A stretch of 64,000 bases of DNA from Candidatus Magasanikiibacteriota bacterium (lineage in GTDB: Bacteria > Patescibacteriota > Patescibacteriia > Magasanikbacterales > GWA2-37-8), in the NCBI GenBank assembly GCA_041666745.1, contig JBAYGI010000003.1, forward strand, positions 12,782-76,781, given 5' to 3'. The first letter of the stretch is position 1; the number at the start of each line of letters is the position of its first letter. The position numbers and the translations under genes were made by a program. Under the pieces are notes generated by a model. It did no database searches. It saw only the letters and a program-made list of their open reading frames with translations, and was not told where the DNA came from. Below are positions 53,315 to 63,303 of this stretch, piece by piece.

Positions 53315-55978
53315 TTATTTTATAAATAGCATTATACTTGCGTCGCCGATAACTTTTTGAAATTTGGAATTCAAAATTTTTAGCACCTGAACATTATCAT
53401 AGTCTTGAATAACAAAAACTTTTATCTGTTGGTCGCTATTAATATAATCTAACAGCCGATTAAATTGATATATAAAAAACAGATCAATTGCTGATGGTAA
53501 ATCAATTGCACACACGGTATTTGTTTCGTCGTAATACATTCCATCATATGCACCTGCCAAAATTAAAATACGTTCTCCAGGAATTGTATGTTGTTTGATA
53601 AAATTAATATTTTTTACAACATCTAAATTGTCCGGTAAAGTAAGATCCTGAAATGTTCTGTGCGTATTGTAGATAAAAAATTTTGTATTATAAGCCATAT
53701 CAAATACTGGTAGAACCAAAACATAGGCTAGCGCAATAATAACAAAATATAGGCCAACATTTATTTTAGTTCCAAGAGCGGTATAATTTCGAAGTGCGAT
53801 AACAAGATCATCAAGAAACATTGGTAGAATTAAAAATACAACAAATGATGGAGCAACTAATGTCAAACTGTGCGAACGACCTTCAAAATAAGCAAACAAT
53901 CCAGTGCCTATTATCGATAAAATAAAATATAGCGGCCCTTTTATATTTTCTGATTTCTGTACCAAACATATTATCGAAAATAAAAGAGAGATAAGATAGA
54001 CTAAAACGACCAGATACCATATGTGGGGGAAAATTGGCAATGGAATTAAGAAATAACCCGCATAAAACATTTTTGAATATTGAAAAAATAAATTAATATT
54101 AGGTATACTGCCAGAATAAAATATGTAATAAAAAGAAAATAAGGACAAACCCAACAACAAAGAAGCAACACCGATTAAAATGTGTTTGCAAATTGATTTA
54201 TATATATCTGCTAATTTTTTGCTTTCCCTTTTCCAAACTTCTAGATAAAGTAAAAATAGATTCCACGAAATAAAAACGACTATGCCGGAATCAAAGTTCC
54301 AAAATATTGCTAGAGTGGCTATAAAATGACCCAATGCGTATAAATATCGGTTGGGCTTTTTTAAATATTTAACTGAAATAAATAATATAGCGGATGGAAA
54401 TAACATTCGTATAGGCAAATACTGAAGATACTGATTGTAGATTCCATCTTTGAACATGTGTGAAAAGTTTGAATAGCCCAAAACACTTATAATTCCTAAC
54501 AAAGAAAAAATTTTTCTTTTGATACTACTATTCAAAAAATAAAATAAGCACAAATAACAAATCAATACTAAAATACACATCACAAACGTAAATTTAGTTA
54601 CTCCAACACCTATTAAATTAAAGACTGGTTTTAAAATAAGTGGAAATAAGCCATATAGACTTGGTACTTGTTGAATCAATATTTTACCATGGGCAATTTG
54701 AGTTTGAGGAAAATAGACTGGATCAAAATGATAATAATCTAAATTTCCTGCTAATGATGAAATATTAAAAAAAACTGTAAACACTAAAAGTATCACAAAT
54801 TCGATAGTTAACACTAAGGAAAGTATTTTTTGATATCTATCTTTAACCATCAAATGGACAACTAAAGGAAAAACTATGAAAGAATATGCTACAAATCCAA
54901 AAATAGAACTCGTGAGTGAAAACTTCGTATAAAAAAAGTCGCTCATTGACAAGCCGAGATAAATGAGTGAAGGCAGTCCTAAGATGGTAACTAAGGCTAA
55001 AAAAGAATTGACTTTACCAATTATTTTTTTTGATAAATTTTTTAATAATTTATTGGATAAATAATAATTAATTATTAAAAAAAACGGAGAAGCCAAGACA
55101 CACAATAAATATTGAAACTGCTCTATCGGCTTAGGAATAAAAGCAATGATGATAGAATCTAAATATATTTTTTTAGCTTGACTGATAATATTCGAAATGT
55201 CAGGATGAAAAAAAGTATTGATTAAATACGCCAAAAAAAATTCCGAAGTAATTGTAAAAAATATTGTAAGATATACTGCTTGATAATTATGCTGTTTTTC
55301 GTTCTTTTCTAAACCTTCTTCAGTAAACGTACCAATTCTAATATAGAATAAATAATATAAATATATTAAAAATAACCAAATAGAAATAGCCAACGACGGC
55401 CAAATTGCTTGCCCTAAAGTATTGCTGGTCAAATAACTGTCCCCTTTCCAATTTATTAATGATTTAAAAAAAACGTTTTTTACTGGAATTTTACTTCTTT
55501 CCAGAGACAATATGAAAGGTGAGGCTAAAATTATATTATTTTCTCCAATTCCTACATATCCAAAAGTAGACGACGTAACGTCTATCCACTTTTCCAACAA
55601 ATCACTTCGTGTATATTGAAAATCTTTTTCCCCTATAGATACAAGGACATCCTTAATTTTAGACAGATGAGAAGCATCAATTACCAATGCTACTCTTTCA
55701 ACAAAAACACCGCCGATCTCCCATGTGCTTGTACTAACAAAATTCATTCCTGTGTTATTGTGAGCTCTTGCCAATTTAGCTACAGGATTAAAATATCCTT
55801 TATTCTCACCGCTTGCATTTATAGTTACTTTAATATTTGCCAATGGTTCACGACTACTTACCGTCATAATACCTTTACCAGCGGTGATAATTACTAAAAA
55901 GAAAAAAATTAATAATGGAAAAAAAATAATATTTTTTTTGAAAATTTCAAACAAATTATTCATTTTAAAATCTTTCAT
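53315..55978 (-). CDS. large polytopic membrane protein, putative GT-C glycosyltransferase (paralog 1)
   Basis: 887 aa, more than 12 TMs; D..H.D.VYFPQTQIA.GK, PSLYGLFP, PIR..FP, FWNFDSG, YF.GR shared with the neighbouring paralog. Confidence 0.65.
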   Translation of the reverse strand: MKDFKMNNLFEIFKKNIIFFPLLIFFFLVIITAGKGIMTVSSREPLANIKVTINASGENKGYFNPVAKLARAHNNTGMNFVSTSTWEIGGVFVERVALVIDASHLSKIKDVLVSIGEKDFQYTRSDLLEKWIDVTSSTFGYVGIGENNIILASPFILSLERSKIPVKNVFFKSLINWKGDSYLTSNTLGQAIWPSLAISIWLFLIYLYYLFYIRIGTFTEEGLEKNEKQHNYQAVYLTIFFTITSEFFLAYLINTFFHPDISNIISQAKKIYLDSIIIAFIPKPIEQFQYLLCVLASPFFLIINYYLSNKLLKNLSKKIIGKVNSFLALVTILGLPSLIYLGLSMSDFFYTKFSLTSSIFGFVAYSFIVFPLVVHLMVKDRYQKILSLVLTIEFVILLVFTVFFNISSLAGNLDYYHFDPVYFPQTQIAHGKILIQQVPSLYGLFPLILKPVFNLIGVGVTKFTFVMCILVLICYLCLFYFLNSSIKRKIFSLLGIISVLGYSNFSHMFKDGIYNQYLQYLPIRMLFPSAILFISVKYLKKPNRYLYALGHFIATLAIFWNFDSGIVVFISWNLFLLYLEVWKRESKKLADIYKSICKHILIGVASLLLGLSLFSFYYIFYSGSIPNINLFFQYSKMFYAGYFLIPLPIFPHIWYLVVLVYLISLLFSIICLVQKSENIKGPLYFILSIIGTGLFAYFEGRSHSLTLVAPSFVVFLILPMFLDDLVIALRNYTALGTKINVGLYFVIIALAYVLVLPVFDMAYNTKFFIYNTHRTFQDLTLPDNLDVVKNINFIKQHTIPGERILILAGAYDGMYYDETNTVCAIDLPSAIDLFFIYQFNRLLDYINSDQQIKVFVIQDYDNVQVLKILNSKFQKVIGDASIMLFIK

Positions 55979-56011
55979 AATATTATTAAAAATATTTTTA
56001 CTATTTAAAAA

Positions 56012-58681
56012 TTAGTTTTCAAATAATATCATACCCGTACCGGTGACTTCTTTTTTAAATTTGGTATTTAAAATTTTTAAAATTTTTTCGTCGTTGTAAT
56101 CAGAATTAACGAAAATCTTTGATTTATTACCAGCGTCGAGATAATTCAATAGCAAATTATACTGATATTTAAAATTCCAATCCACTACAGATGGAAAATC
56201 AATTGCGCAGACTGTGTTTGTTTCACCATAATAAGTAGCGTCATAAGCGGCTTCTGGGGTAGCTAGTATTAAAATTCGCTCACCCGCTATTGTGTGATGT
56301 TTAATAAAATTAATATTTTTATTGATATTCTGATTAACTGGGTAATACAATTCCTTGTATGATTGGATGGAATTACTAATAAAATATTTAATATTTACTA
56401 TAATATTTACTGACGGTAATAACAAGAAAAATAATAGGATGGAGGTTATAAAACACGAATATACCACAATGTACTTATCAGTTTTTTTAAGAGAATACAC
56501 AATTGGTAAGTAATCATCCAACAAAAGAGCTAGTATTAAAATTGAAACAAAAGAAGAATCAAACAAAATAGCATTGAGTGCTCTACCTTGAAAATAAATA
56601 AATGAACCAAATCCTACAATAGACAGGATAAAATATAGTGGCGCTTTACTGTCATCCTTGTTTTTAATGACACAGATAAGAGACATCAACAACGACAACG
56701 TATAGATAAAAATTATTAAATGCCACATGTTTGGAAAAATCGGCAATGGATTCATACTAAAACCATTGTAAAACTCTTTTGAATATTGAAAAAACAAACT
56801 AATATCCGGCAAACCACCAAAGTGATATATATAATAAAATGACAACAACACCAAACCAGTCAACAAGAAACCGATACCACGTAACACGTGCTTACAAACG
56901 GACTTTATTACATCTAAAGACTTTTTATCTCCCCTTTTCAGTATTTCTAAATAAAGCAAAAATAAATTCCACGATATAAAAACGACTAAACCGGAATCAA
57001 AATTCCAAAATATTGCCACTGTTGCAACAAAATGACCTATACCATACAAACTCCTATTGGGATTTTTTAAATATTTAGCAGAAATAAACAATATTAGACT
57101 AGGAAATATTATGCGAATAGGCAGATGCTGGTAATTGATCTTATAGTTGAGACCAGCGGCCATTTGAGGAAGATGAAAATAATTTATAATATTTAACACG
57201 CCTAATAGTGGAATAATTTTATTATTAGTGGAAATTTTTAAAAATAATAAAATGAGAAAATAACAGCTGAAGATTATCACACCCATGACAATAGTAAATT
57301 TAAAAATTCCTAAACCTATAATGTCAAAAACAGGTTTTAAAATAAGCGGAAACAAACCATACAAACTAGGTACTTGCTGAATTATAGTTTTACCTTGAGC
57401 AATTTGTGTCTGGGGAAAATAGACAGCATCAAGATGGTGGGCATCATAACTTCCAACTGGTGACGATATAGCAAAAATAACAACAGAAAACAAAACAAAG
57501 GCCAATAAAACAGACAGAGTATTATAAACCCATCCCTGATATTTATTTTTTATAAGAAAATAAGAAAAAATAGGAAAAATTAAAAAAGCATAAACAGAAA
57601 ATCCAAAAACAGAATTTAATAAAGGAGGTACATAAAGAAAATTCCACATCGATAAAGATAAATAAATATAGGATGGCAAACCAATAAAAGTGCCAACTAC
57701 TAATAAAATATTTATTATATGCAATTTGTTGAGTAAAAATCGATTAACTATTTTTACGGATAAATAATAATTCACTAATAAAAGAAATGGTAAAAACATG
57801 ACACCTAGGATATATTGCAGGTTCTCTGTTGGTTTAGGAGTAAAACTTAAAACTATCTTATCTAGATATATTTCTTTGGCTTGATTAATTATATTTAAAA
57901 TGTTTGGATGATAAGAAAGTTTAATTAAACACATCAATAAATATTCGCTAATAAACGTAAAAAATAGAACGACATAGAATACAGTAAAATCAAATTGTAT
58001 TTGTTTAATATTTCGCCCTTCACTGGTCGGCGATAATGTTTCTGTATATACCAAAACAATAATATAAAAAAGGTACAGGAAAAAAGAGATAATAATAGAT
58101 GGCAACACCGCTTGTAGAACAGTGTTGTATGTTAAATATTTATCACCACGCCAGTTAATTATGGAACTAAAAAAATCTTTCTTTACAGGGATTTTGCTAC
58201 GTTCTAAAGCAAGAGCATATGGTGATGCTAAAGTGATTGCACTGTTGTCCATAGCAACTGAACCAAATGATTCAGAAGTGACTCTTTCCCATTGAGAGAG
58301 CAACTCATCTTGACTATAAATAAAATTTTTATCATCAATAGCGACAGTAACTTCCTTTATTTCTGATAATTGAGACCGGCTGAACGCTAAGGCGATTCGT
58401 TTTACAAAAACTGCGTTGACTTGCCAAGTGTTGACACCAGTTTTAATCAATTTAATGTTATTACCGGCCCTAACTAGTTTTGCCGCCACATCAAAATCAA
58501 CTGGTTTATTATCGTTAGTATTAATAATTACCTGTACATTTGCTAACGGCTCACGACTGCTGACTATTTTTAAACATTTACCGACAGAAACTACCGACCA
58601 GAAAAAAATAAATAACAGAAAAAACAATTTTAAATTTTTTTTAAAATATAATATTATTTTCTGTAAAATATTTCTATCCAT
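56012..58681 (-). CDS. large polytopic membrane protein, putative GT-C glycosyltransferase (paralog 2)
   Basis: 889 aa, colinear with paralog 1 (VSSREPLAN, LERSKIPVK, QQVPSLYGLFPLILKPVF, ETNTVCAID). Confidence 0.65.
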   Translation of the reverse strand: MDRNILQKIILYFKKNLKLFFLLFIFFWSVVSVGKCLKIVSSREPLANVQVIINTNDNKPVDFDVAAKLVRAGNNIKLIKTGVNTWQVNAVFVKRIALAFSRSQLSEIKEVTVAIDDKNFIYSQDELLSQWERVTSESFGSVAMDNSAITLASPYALALERSKIPVKKDFFSSIINWRGDKYLTYNTVLQAVLPSIIISFFLYLFYIIVLVYTETLSPTSEGRNIKQIQFDFTVFYVVLFFTFISEYLLMCLIKLSYHPNILNIINQAKEIYLDKIVLSFTPKPTENLQYILGVMFLPFLLLVNYYLSVKIVNRFLLNKLHIINILLVVGTFIGLPSYIYLSLSMWNFLYVPPLLNSVFGFSVYAFLIFPIFSYFLIKNKYQGWVYNTLSVLLAFVLFSVVIFAISSPVGSYDAHHLDAVYFPQTQIAQGKTIIQQVPSLYGLFPLILKPVFDIIGLGIFKFTIVMGVIIFSCYFLILLFLKISTNNKIIPLLGVLNIINYFHLPQMAAGLNYKINYQHLPIRIIFPSLILFISAKYLKNPNRSLYGIGHFVATVAIFWNFDSGLVVFISWNLFLLYLEILKRGDKKSLDVIKSVCKHVLRGIGFLLTGLVLLSFYYIYHFGGLPDISLFFQYSKEFYNGFSMNPLPIFPNMWHLIIFIYTLSLLMSLICVIKNKDDSKAPLYFILSIVGFGSFIYFQGRALNAILFDSSFVSILILALLLDDYLPIVYSLKKTDKYIVVYSCFITSILLFFLLLPSVNIIVNIKYFISNSIQSYKELYYPVNQNINKNINFIKHHTIAGERILILATPEAAYDATYYGETNTVCAIDFPSVVDWNFKYQYNLLLNYLDAGNKSKIFVNSDYNDEKILKILNTKFKKEVTGTGMILFEN

Positions 58682-58693
58682 ACCTATGGCTTT

Positions 58694-59392
58694 TTATTTA
58701 CTAAAACGCAATTTAATTATTGTATAAATATAAGATAAAATGAAAACAAATAAATTTCTTTTGGTTTTACCAAAAATTCTCTGCTTAAAACAATACGGCA
58801 ACTCTAATATCTTTAAGTCACTTTTATTTCTTTTTAATTTTAAAAATATTTCTTCTACAATATCAAAATTATTACATTTCAAAACTATTTTTTTTAATTG
58901 ATCAGTGTGATACAGTTTAAAGCTGTTTGAAACGTCTTTGCACTTTAAATTTAAGACTACGGAATATATAACGTTTAGTATCAAACTCATTATTATTAAA
59001 ACCTTGTTGTTTTCAGTTTTTCCTCCAGTCACATAACGTGAAGCAACTACGACATCGTAATTAGACCGACTGGCAAATAAATCTACAATAAATTCTGGGG
59101 TATGAGAACCATCTGCGTCCATAAATATAATATTTTTACCGAGCGCCAATTTAATACCAGTTCTTACAGCATCACCATAATTATTGCCTCCCTCTCTATT
59201 GATATATTTAACCACATTCTCTTCACAAACACTCTCAGTCTTATCCATAGGTCGCTGAGTATCTACGACAATAATTTCGTAAGGTACTAACAATTTTTCT
59301 ACTGCAAGATGAATACGTGGTAATAATAGTTTTAAATTGTCTTCTTCTTGATAGGCAGGAAGAATAATACTTAATATAATATTTTGGGTCAT
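58694..59392 (-). CDS. GT2 polyprenol-phosphate sugar synthase (DPM1/GtrB-like)
   Basis: LPAY.EE.NL, YGDAVRTG, FMDADGSH.P, ASRYV.GG, D.SNSFK.Y, F..R..G.TK. Confidence 0.88.
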   Translation of the reverse strand: MTQNIILSIILPAYQEEDNLKLLLPRIHLAVEKLLVPYEIIVVDTQRPMDKTESVCEENVVKYINREGGNNYGDAVRTGIKLALGKNIIFMDADGSHTPEFIVDLFASRSNYDVVVASRYVTGGKTENNKVLIIMSLILNVIYSVVLNLKCKDVSNSFKLYHTDQLKKIVLKCNNFDIVEEIFLKLKRNKSDLKILELPYCFKQRIFGKTKRNLFVFILSYIYTIIKLRFSK

Positions 59393-59393
59393 A

Positions 59394-60422
59394 TCATTTC
59401 ATTATTTCACCAGACCAATTTAACATTTTTTTAATACCGGTAACTTTGTCAATCTTTGGAAACCAAGCAATGTCATTTTGAATTTTAGTTAGATCAGCAA
59501 TGAATATTTTTTGATCACTTATTCGTACTGGTAATTCAATGTATTTTATTTTAACTTTTAACTCTTTTTCTAATAAACCAAATAATTCTAAAATAGACAA
59601 ACTATTTTCCATGCCACCGCCAATATTATAGCATTGTCCAGCTGTTTTATCAATGTTGAGAACAGCCGCAAAATACAACCGAACCATATCATCAGCGAAC
59701 AAAATATCTCTTACTTGTTTACCATTCCCGGAAATCGTAAGTCCTGAATAATTTGGATCTTTTACAAATTTTAACGCTTCCTGACAAAACCAACCAACCC
59801 ACCCCTGATCAGCGGTAGAGAACTGACGACCACCAAACATTGAAGAATGTCTAAACACAACGGTTCGTATACCAAAAACTTTATAATAATCAATCATATA
59901 TTGATCGGCACACCCCTTCGAACAACCATAAGGAGAAGAAAAACTTAAAGGAGTATTTTCAGACAACCCATTGGGAAAATCAGTGCTAATATAACGAGTG
60001 CTGTTTTCCTTGTAATGAACCCATTCTAAATCTCCATATACTTTATTAGTAGAAGAATATATTACAATTGATTGAGGGCTAAAACGACGAATGTTTTCTA
60101 ATAAATTTATGGTTCCCTGGGCATTAACCGAAAAATCATACAACGGGTCTTGCAAAGATGTGGTCATGGCAACCTGACCAGCGAGATGAAATACCACGTC
60201 TGGCATTTCTTCCTTTATTATTTTTTCTAACTGTTCATAATTTCTAATATCACATTCATAAAAATTAAAATGTCCATTTTCCTTTAACCAATCGAGGTTA
60301 GCACGAGATCCCATTCTAGATAAATTATCAACTACCACCAACTGATCTTTAGTGGTTGCAATTATGTGGCTAGCTATGTTTGAACCCAAAAAACCACACC
60401 CGCCGGTTATCAAATATTTCAT
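59394..60422 (-). CDS. rfbE: CDP-paratose 2-epimerase (CDP-tyvelose synthase)
   Basis: TGGCGFLGSN, DNLSR.GS..NL.WL, HLAGQVAMTTS, STNKVYGD, SPYGCSKG.ADQY..DY, FRHSSM.GGRQF.T.DQGWVGWF. Confidence 0.92.
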   Translation of the reverse strand: MKYLITGGCGFLGSNIASHIIATTKDQLVVVDNLSRMGSRANLDWLKENGHFNFYECDIRNYEQLEKIIKEEMPDVVFHLAGQVAMTTSLQDPLYDFSVNAQGTINLLENIRRFSPQSIVIYSSTNKVYGDLEWVHYKENSTRYISTDFPNGLSENTPLSFSSPYGCSKGCADQYMIDYYKVFGIRTVVFRHSSMFGGRQFSTADQGWVGWFCQEALKFVKDPNYSGLTISGNGKQVRDILFADDMVRLYFAAVLNIDKTAGQCYNIGGGMENSLSILELFGLLEKELKVKIKYIELPVRISDQKIFIADLTKIQNDIAWFPKIDKVTGIKKMLNWSGEIMK

Positions 60423-61321
60423 ATTATTTTTTTATTTCTCTCAATTAATAACATTTTCTCTAAACCCCGCTTAATATCATAATTTGGTACCCAGCCCAAG
60501 TGCTTAATAGCAATAGTATCTGATACAGATTGCATCACTTCATTCTCACGGTAAGGCAAGGCTCCAAAATTGAGTTCGGTTACATGGTTATTAGACAATT
60601 CTTTAATAGTTTCTACCAACCATCTAATGGAAATTAATTTGTTTGTACCAATTTCATAATGAAAAAAACCATCTGCATTGTTGGTAAGATTTTTTATTAC
60701 TAACATAAATGCATCAACCACATCATCAATATAGACAAAATCTCTCTGTTGTTCACCCTTAGTCAAATTTATGCTCTTTACTTTATTTAACAAAGAATCA
60801 AAAATATTAGAAACAAATTTGGTTTTATCATCACCAGGACCGTAAAAATGCTCCAAAGCCATATTTACGCAGACAATGTCATCTTGGTAGGTTTTAAGCC
60901 AATCGATAAACTGTGCTTTAGACAAAGAATAATGACTTACTCTTTTGTCTAAAATTGTATCTGTATTAATAAAACACTTCACTTTGTTTTCTTTGCCTAA
61001 TTCCAATAATTTTAATGGTAAAATTAAATTAGCTTCAATAACTTGTAATGGTAACGATTGTTTACGCCCATAGTCAGTGGCACAATGCAAAACAACATCT
61101 ATAGGCTGATCTTTAAACACCACGGACAAATCCACTTGGTCGATGTTATAATATTTCACATTAGATAATACATCATCGATACGATGAGTGTTAGAGTAAG
61201 ATCTTTTTAATAAAATAACTTTATATTTATTTAAAATCAGACGACGCAACAGATTGCTACCTAAAAACCCCGTACCGCCTGTTATAAGTATTGTCTTGGC
61301 TATAATTAGTTTTTCATCCAT
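60419..61321 (-). CDS. CDP-paratose/abequose synthase (RfbS/RfbJ-like reductase)
   Basis: TGGTGFLGS, HCAT.YGR, EANL..PL.LL, FINTD, LEHFYGP.D...KF, LT.GEQ.RDF.YI.DV, FGALPYRENE.M.S. Confidence 0.88.
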   Translation of the reverse strand: MDEKLIIAKTILITGGTGFLGSNLLRRLILNKYKVILLKRSYSNTHRIDDVLSNVKYYNIDQVDLSVVFKDQPIDVVLHCATDYGRKQSLPLQVIEANLILPLKLLELGKENKVKCFINTDTILDKRVSHYSLSKAQFIDWLKTYQDDIVCVNMALEHFYGPGDDKTKFVSNIFDSLLNKVKSINLTKGEQQRDFVYIDDVVDAFMLVIKNLTNNADGFFHYEIGTNKLISIRWLVETIKELSNNHVTELNFGALPYRENEVMQSVSDTIAIKHLGWVPNYDIKRGLEKMLLIERNKKII

Positions 61322-61325
61322 AAAA

Positions 61326-63302
61326 TTACCAATTAATATTTTTAAATAGAGCGTTCCCCATCAATTCTTTTCCTACCAAATCATCTTCCACAAGTTCAAA
61401 ACCAAAATTACTTAAATATTTTTTAAGACAATCATAATCTTCAGCACCATCGTAAAACTCTTTTTTGGACACCTCTGTATAAATGAAATGTATGCTTTTT
61501 ATTTTATCTCCTAAGGATTTAAAGATACGGTATTCCATTCCCTGAGCGTCAATCCAAAGCAAATCTATTTTATCCACACAATTGGACGTCAACCAGACAT
61601 CCAACAAAACTGCCGACACAAATACACTTCCTTGAAATTCTACTCCAGGAAAATATTTTAAATGTTCTTTTGGTCTCAATAGCGAACTTGAACACCCACT
61701 ATTATCGCTAACAAACATCTCAACTTGATCAACATTTTTATCGTCAGTAACAGCATTTTGGATTATTTCAATATTTTTAAAATCTTTAGTTTTAAATTTT
61801 AATCGCGCAAAAGTATTTGGTAATGGTTCAAATGCATAAATTTTGCCGTTTGGCCATAATGTAGCCATCTCTACAGTATCACTACCAACATGAGCACCTA
61901 TTTCTATAACCACAGGATTAGTGCCTATATAACGTGAAATTTTTTTCTTGGAAATAAGGGAGTTTCGATTCAGAAACAATCTAATTTTAAGATATAATTT
62001 ATATAGTTGGTAGTTGTTAATAGTGTAATTCTTTAAGTTAAATTCTGGCTTTAAATTTATATTATTTGCAATATAAAAATACCACATTAATACAACGACC
62101 GTCAGCATATAGACGGGTCGAAGAGCAAAAACAGTCATAAATGGTTGCTGATCAAACACTGGAAACAACAACGGTTGAGACAATGACAAAAATAGCAATA
62201 ATTGGATAAATAAGTCACAATAAAAACCAATTTTTGGTCTCAGATTCCAATAAACAGTAAAAATAAATAAATAATATAGACTATTATGCAACCACGACAC
62301 TGTCGGTAAGAATGAGACCAAAAACATCAAAGTTCCAAATTCAAGCAACATCAAATCTTTATTTTGTTTTTCTATTTTATTTACTTTATAAAATAGTCCA
62401 AAAAAGAAACCAGATATAATTAAACCAACGATTGCAGTTAACAATTGTGCCTGTTGAAGATTTAGAATATTATAAGTAAAACGATTGTATATTATACCTC
62501 CCAAACCAGTACTCAAACCACCGGCAACTATACCACTGGTAGCAAAACTAGATACAACACCCCAGAAATCAACAAATGAATTCATGCCAAATATTAAGAC
62601 AAAAAATAATAAAGAAATAATAGTATAAATAAATACTTTTTTATTTTTAATAAAAAAGTATGGAAGAAAAACTATCGGCATCAATTTTAATACAATCGAC
62701 GATGCTAATAAAAAACTAGAGATCTTGTATTTCCCTTGCAAATAAAACAAAAGGCACAAAGACACTAATAATAGTATCTCTATATTTGTTTGCCCTCGAT
62801 CTAGATGGAGCAAGAAAGCCGGAGAGAATAAAAATACCAAAAAAGTAATAATAAAATATGGCCATTTTTGCTGAACAAGTTTACTTAAAAAATACACCGA
62901 AAGAAGCAGTAAAAGAATCGAGACTAAATTATACACAAAAAAAGACACATCGAGCGGTAGCATGCTAAACGGAATGAAAAAATAAGCCATCAACGGAGGA
63001 TAATTAAATCTGGCGTATTCAAAAGGATAGCTGGTTTCACCAGGGTAACGATCGTTGAGTGGAAAATAAAAATTTTTCCCCTGAGATGCCCGCATTCCAG
63101 CAAAATAAAAATAATTATAATCTATACCAGTACTATAATTAATTGTAGGCTTAAGAAATTTGGAATTATTTGCAAATGGTTGATAGTTAAAATCAAAAAT
63201 CAACACAGACAATGCCAAAATACCGAACAAATAAATACCGACAAATAAATATCTACTAAGAAATAATTTAAATTTTTCTTTTGTTTCGTTTTTTAAAAAC
63301 AT
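61326..63302 (-). CDS. GT87 (DUF2029) membrane glycosyltransferase fused to an FkbM-family methyltransferase
   Basis: N-terminal D...FY.A, FNYPP, GQ.N, KL.P with about 10 TMs; C-terminal IEIGAH.G, YAFEP, SSSLL.P, IDLLWIDAQG.E, IYTEV. Confidence 0.85.
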   Translation of the reverse strand: MFLKNETKEKFKLFLSRYLFVGIYLFGILALSVLIFDFNYQPFANNSKFLKPTINYSTGIDYNYFYFAGMRASQGKNFYFPLNDRYPGETSYPFEYARFNYPPLMAYFFIPFSMLPLDVSFFVYNLVSILLLLLSVYFLSKLVQQKWPYFIITFLVFLFSPAFLLHLDRGQTNIEILLLVSLCLLFYLQGKYKISSFLLASSIVLKLMPIVFLPYFFIKNKKVFIYTIISLLFFVLIFGMNSFVDFWGVVSSFATSGIVAGGLSTGLGGIIYNRFTYNILNLQQAQLLTAIVGLIISGFFFGLFYKVNKIEKQNKDLMLLEFGTLMFLVSFLPTVSWLHNSLYYLFIFTVYWNLRPKIGFYCDLFIQLLLFLSLSQPLLFPVFDQQPFMTVFALRPVYMLTVVVLMWYFYIANNINLKPEFNLKNYTINNYQLYKLYLKIRLFLNRNSLISKKKISRYIGTNPVVIEIGAHVGSDTVEMATLWPNGKIYAFEPLPNTFARLKFKTKDFKNIEIIQNAVTDDKNVDQVEMFVSDNSGCSSSLLRPKEHLKYFPGVEFQGSVFVSAVLLDVWLTSNCVDKIDLLWIDAQGMEYRIFKSLGDKIKSIHFIYTEVSKKEFYDGAEDYDCLKKYLSNFGFELVEDDLVGKELMGNALFKNINW

Positions 63303-63303
63303 A

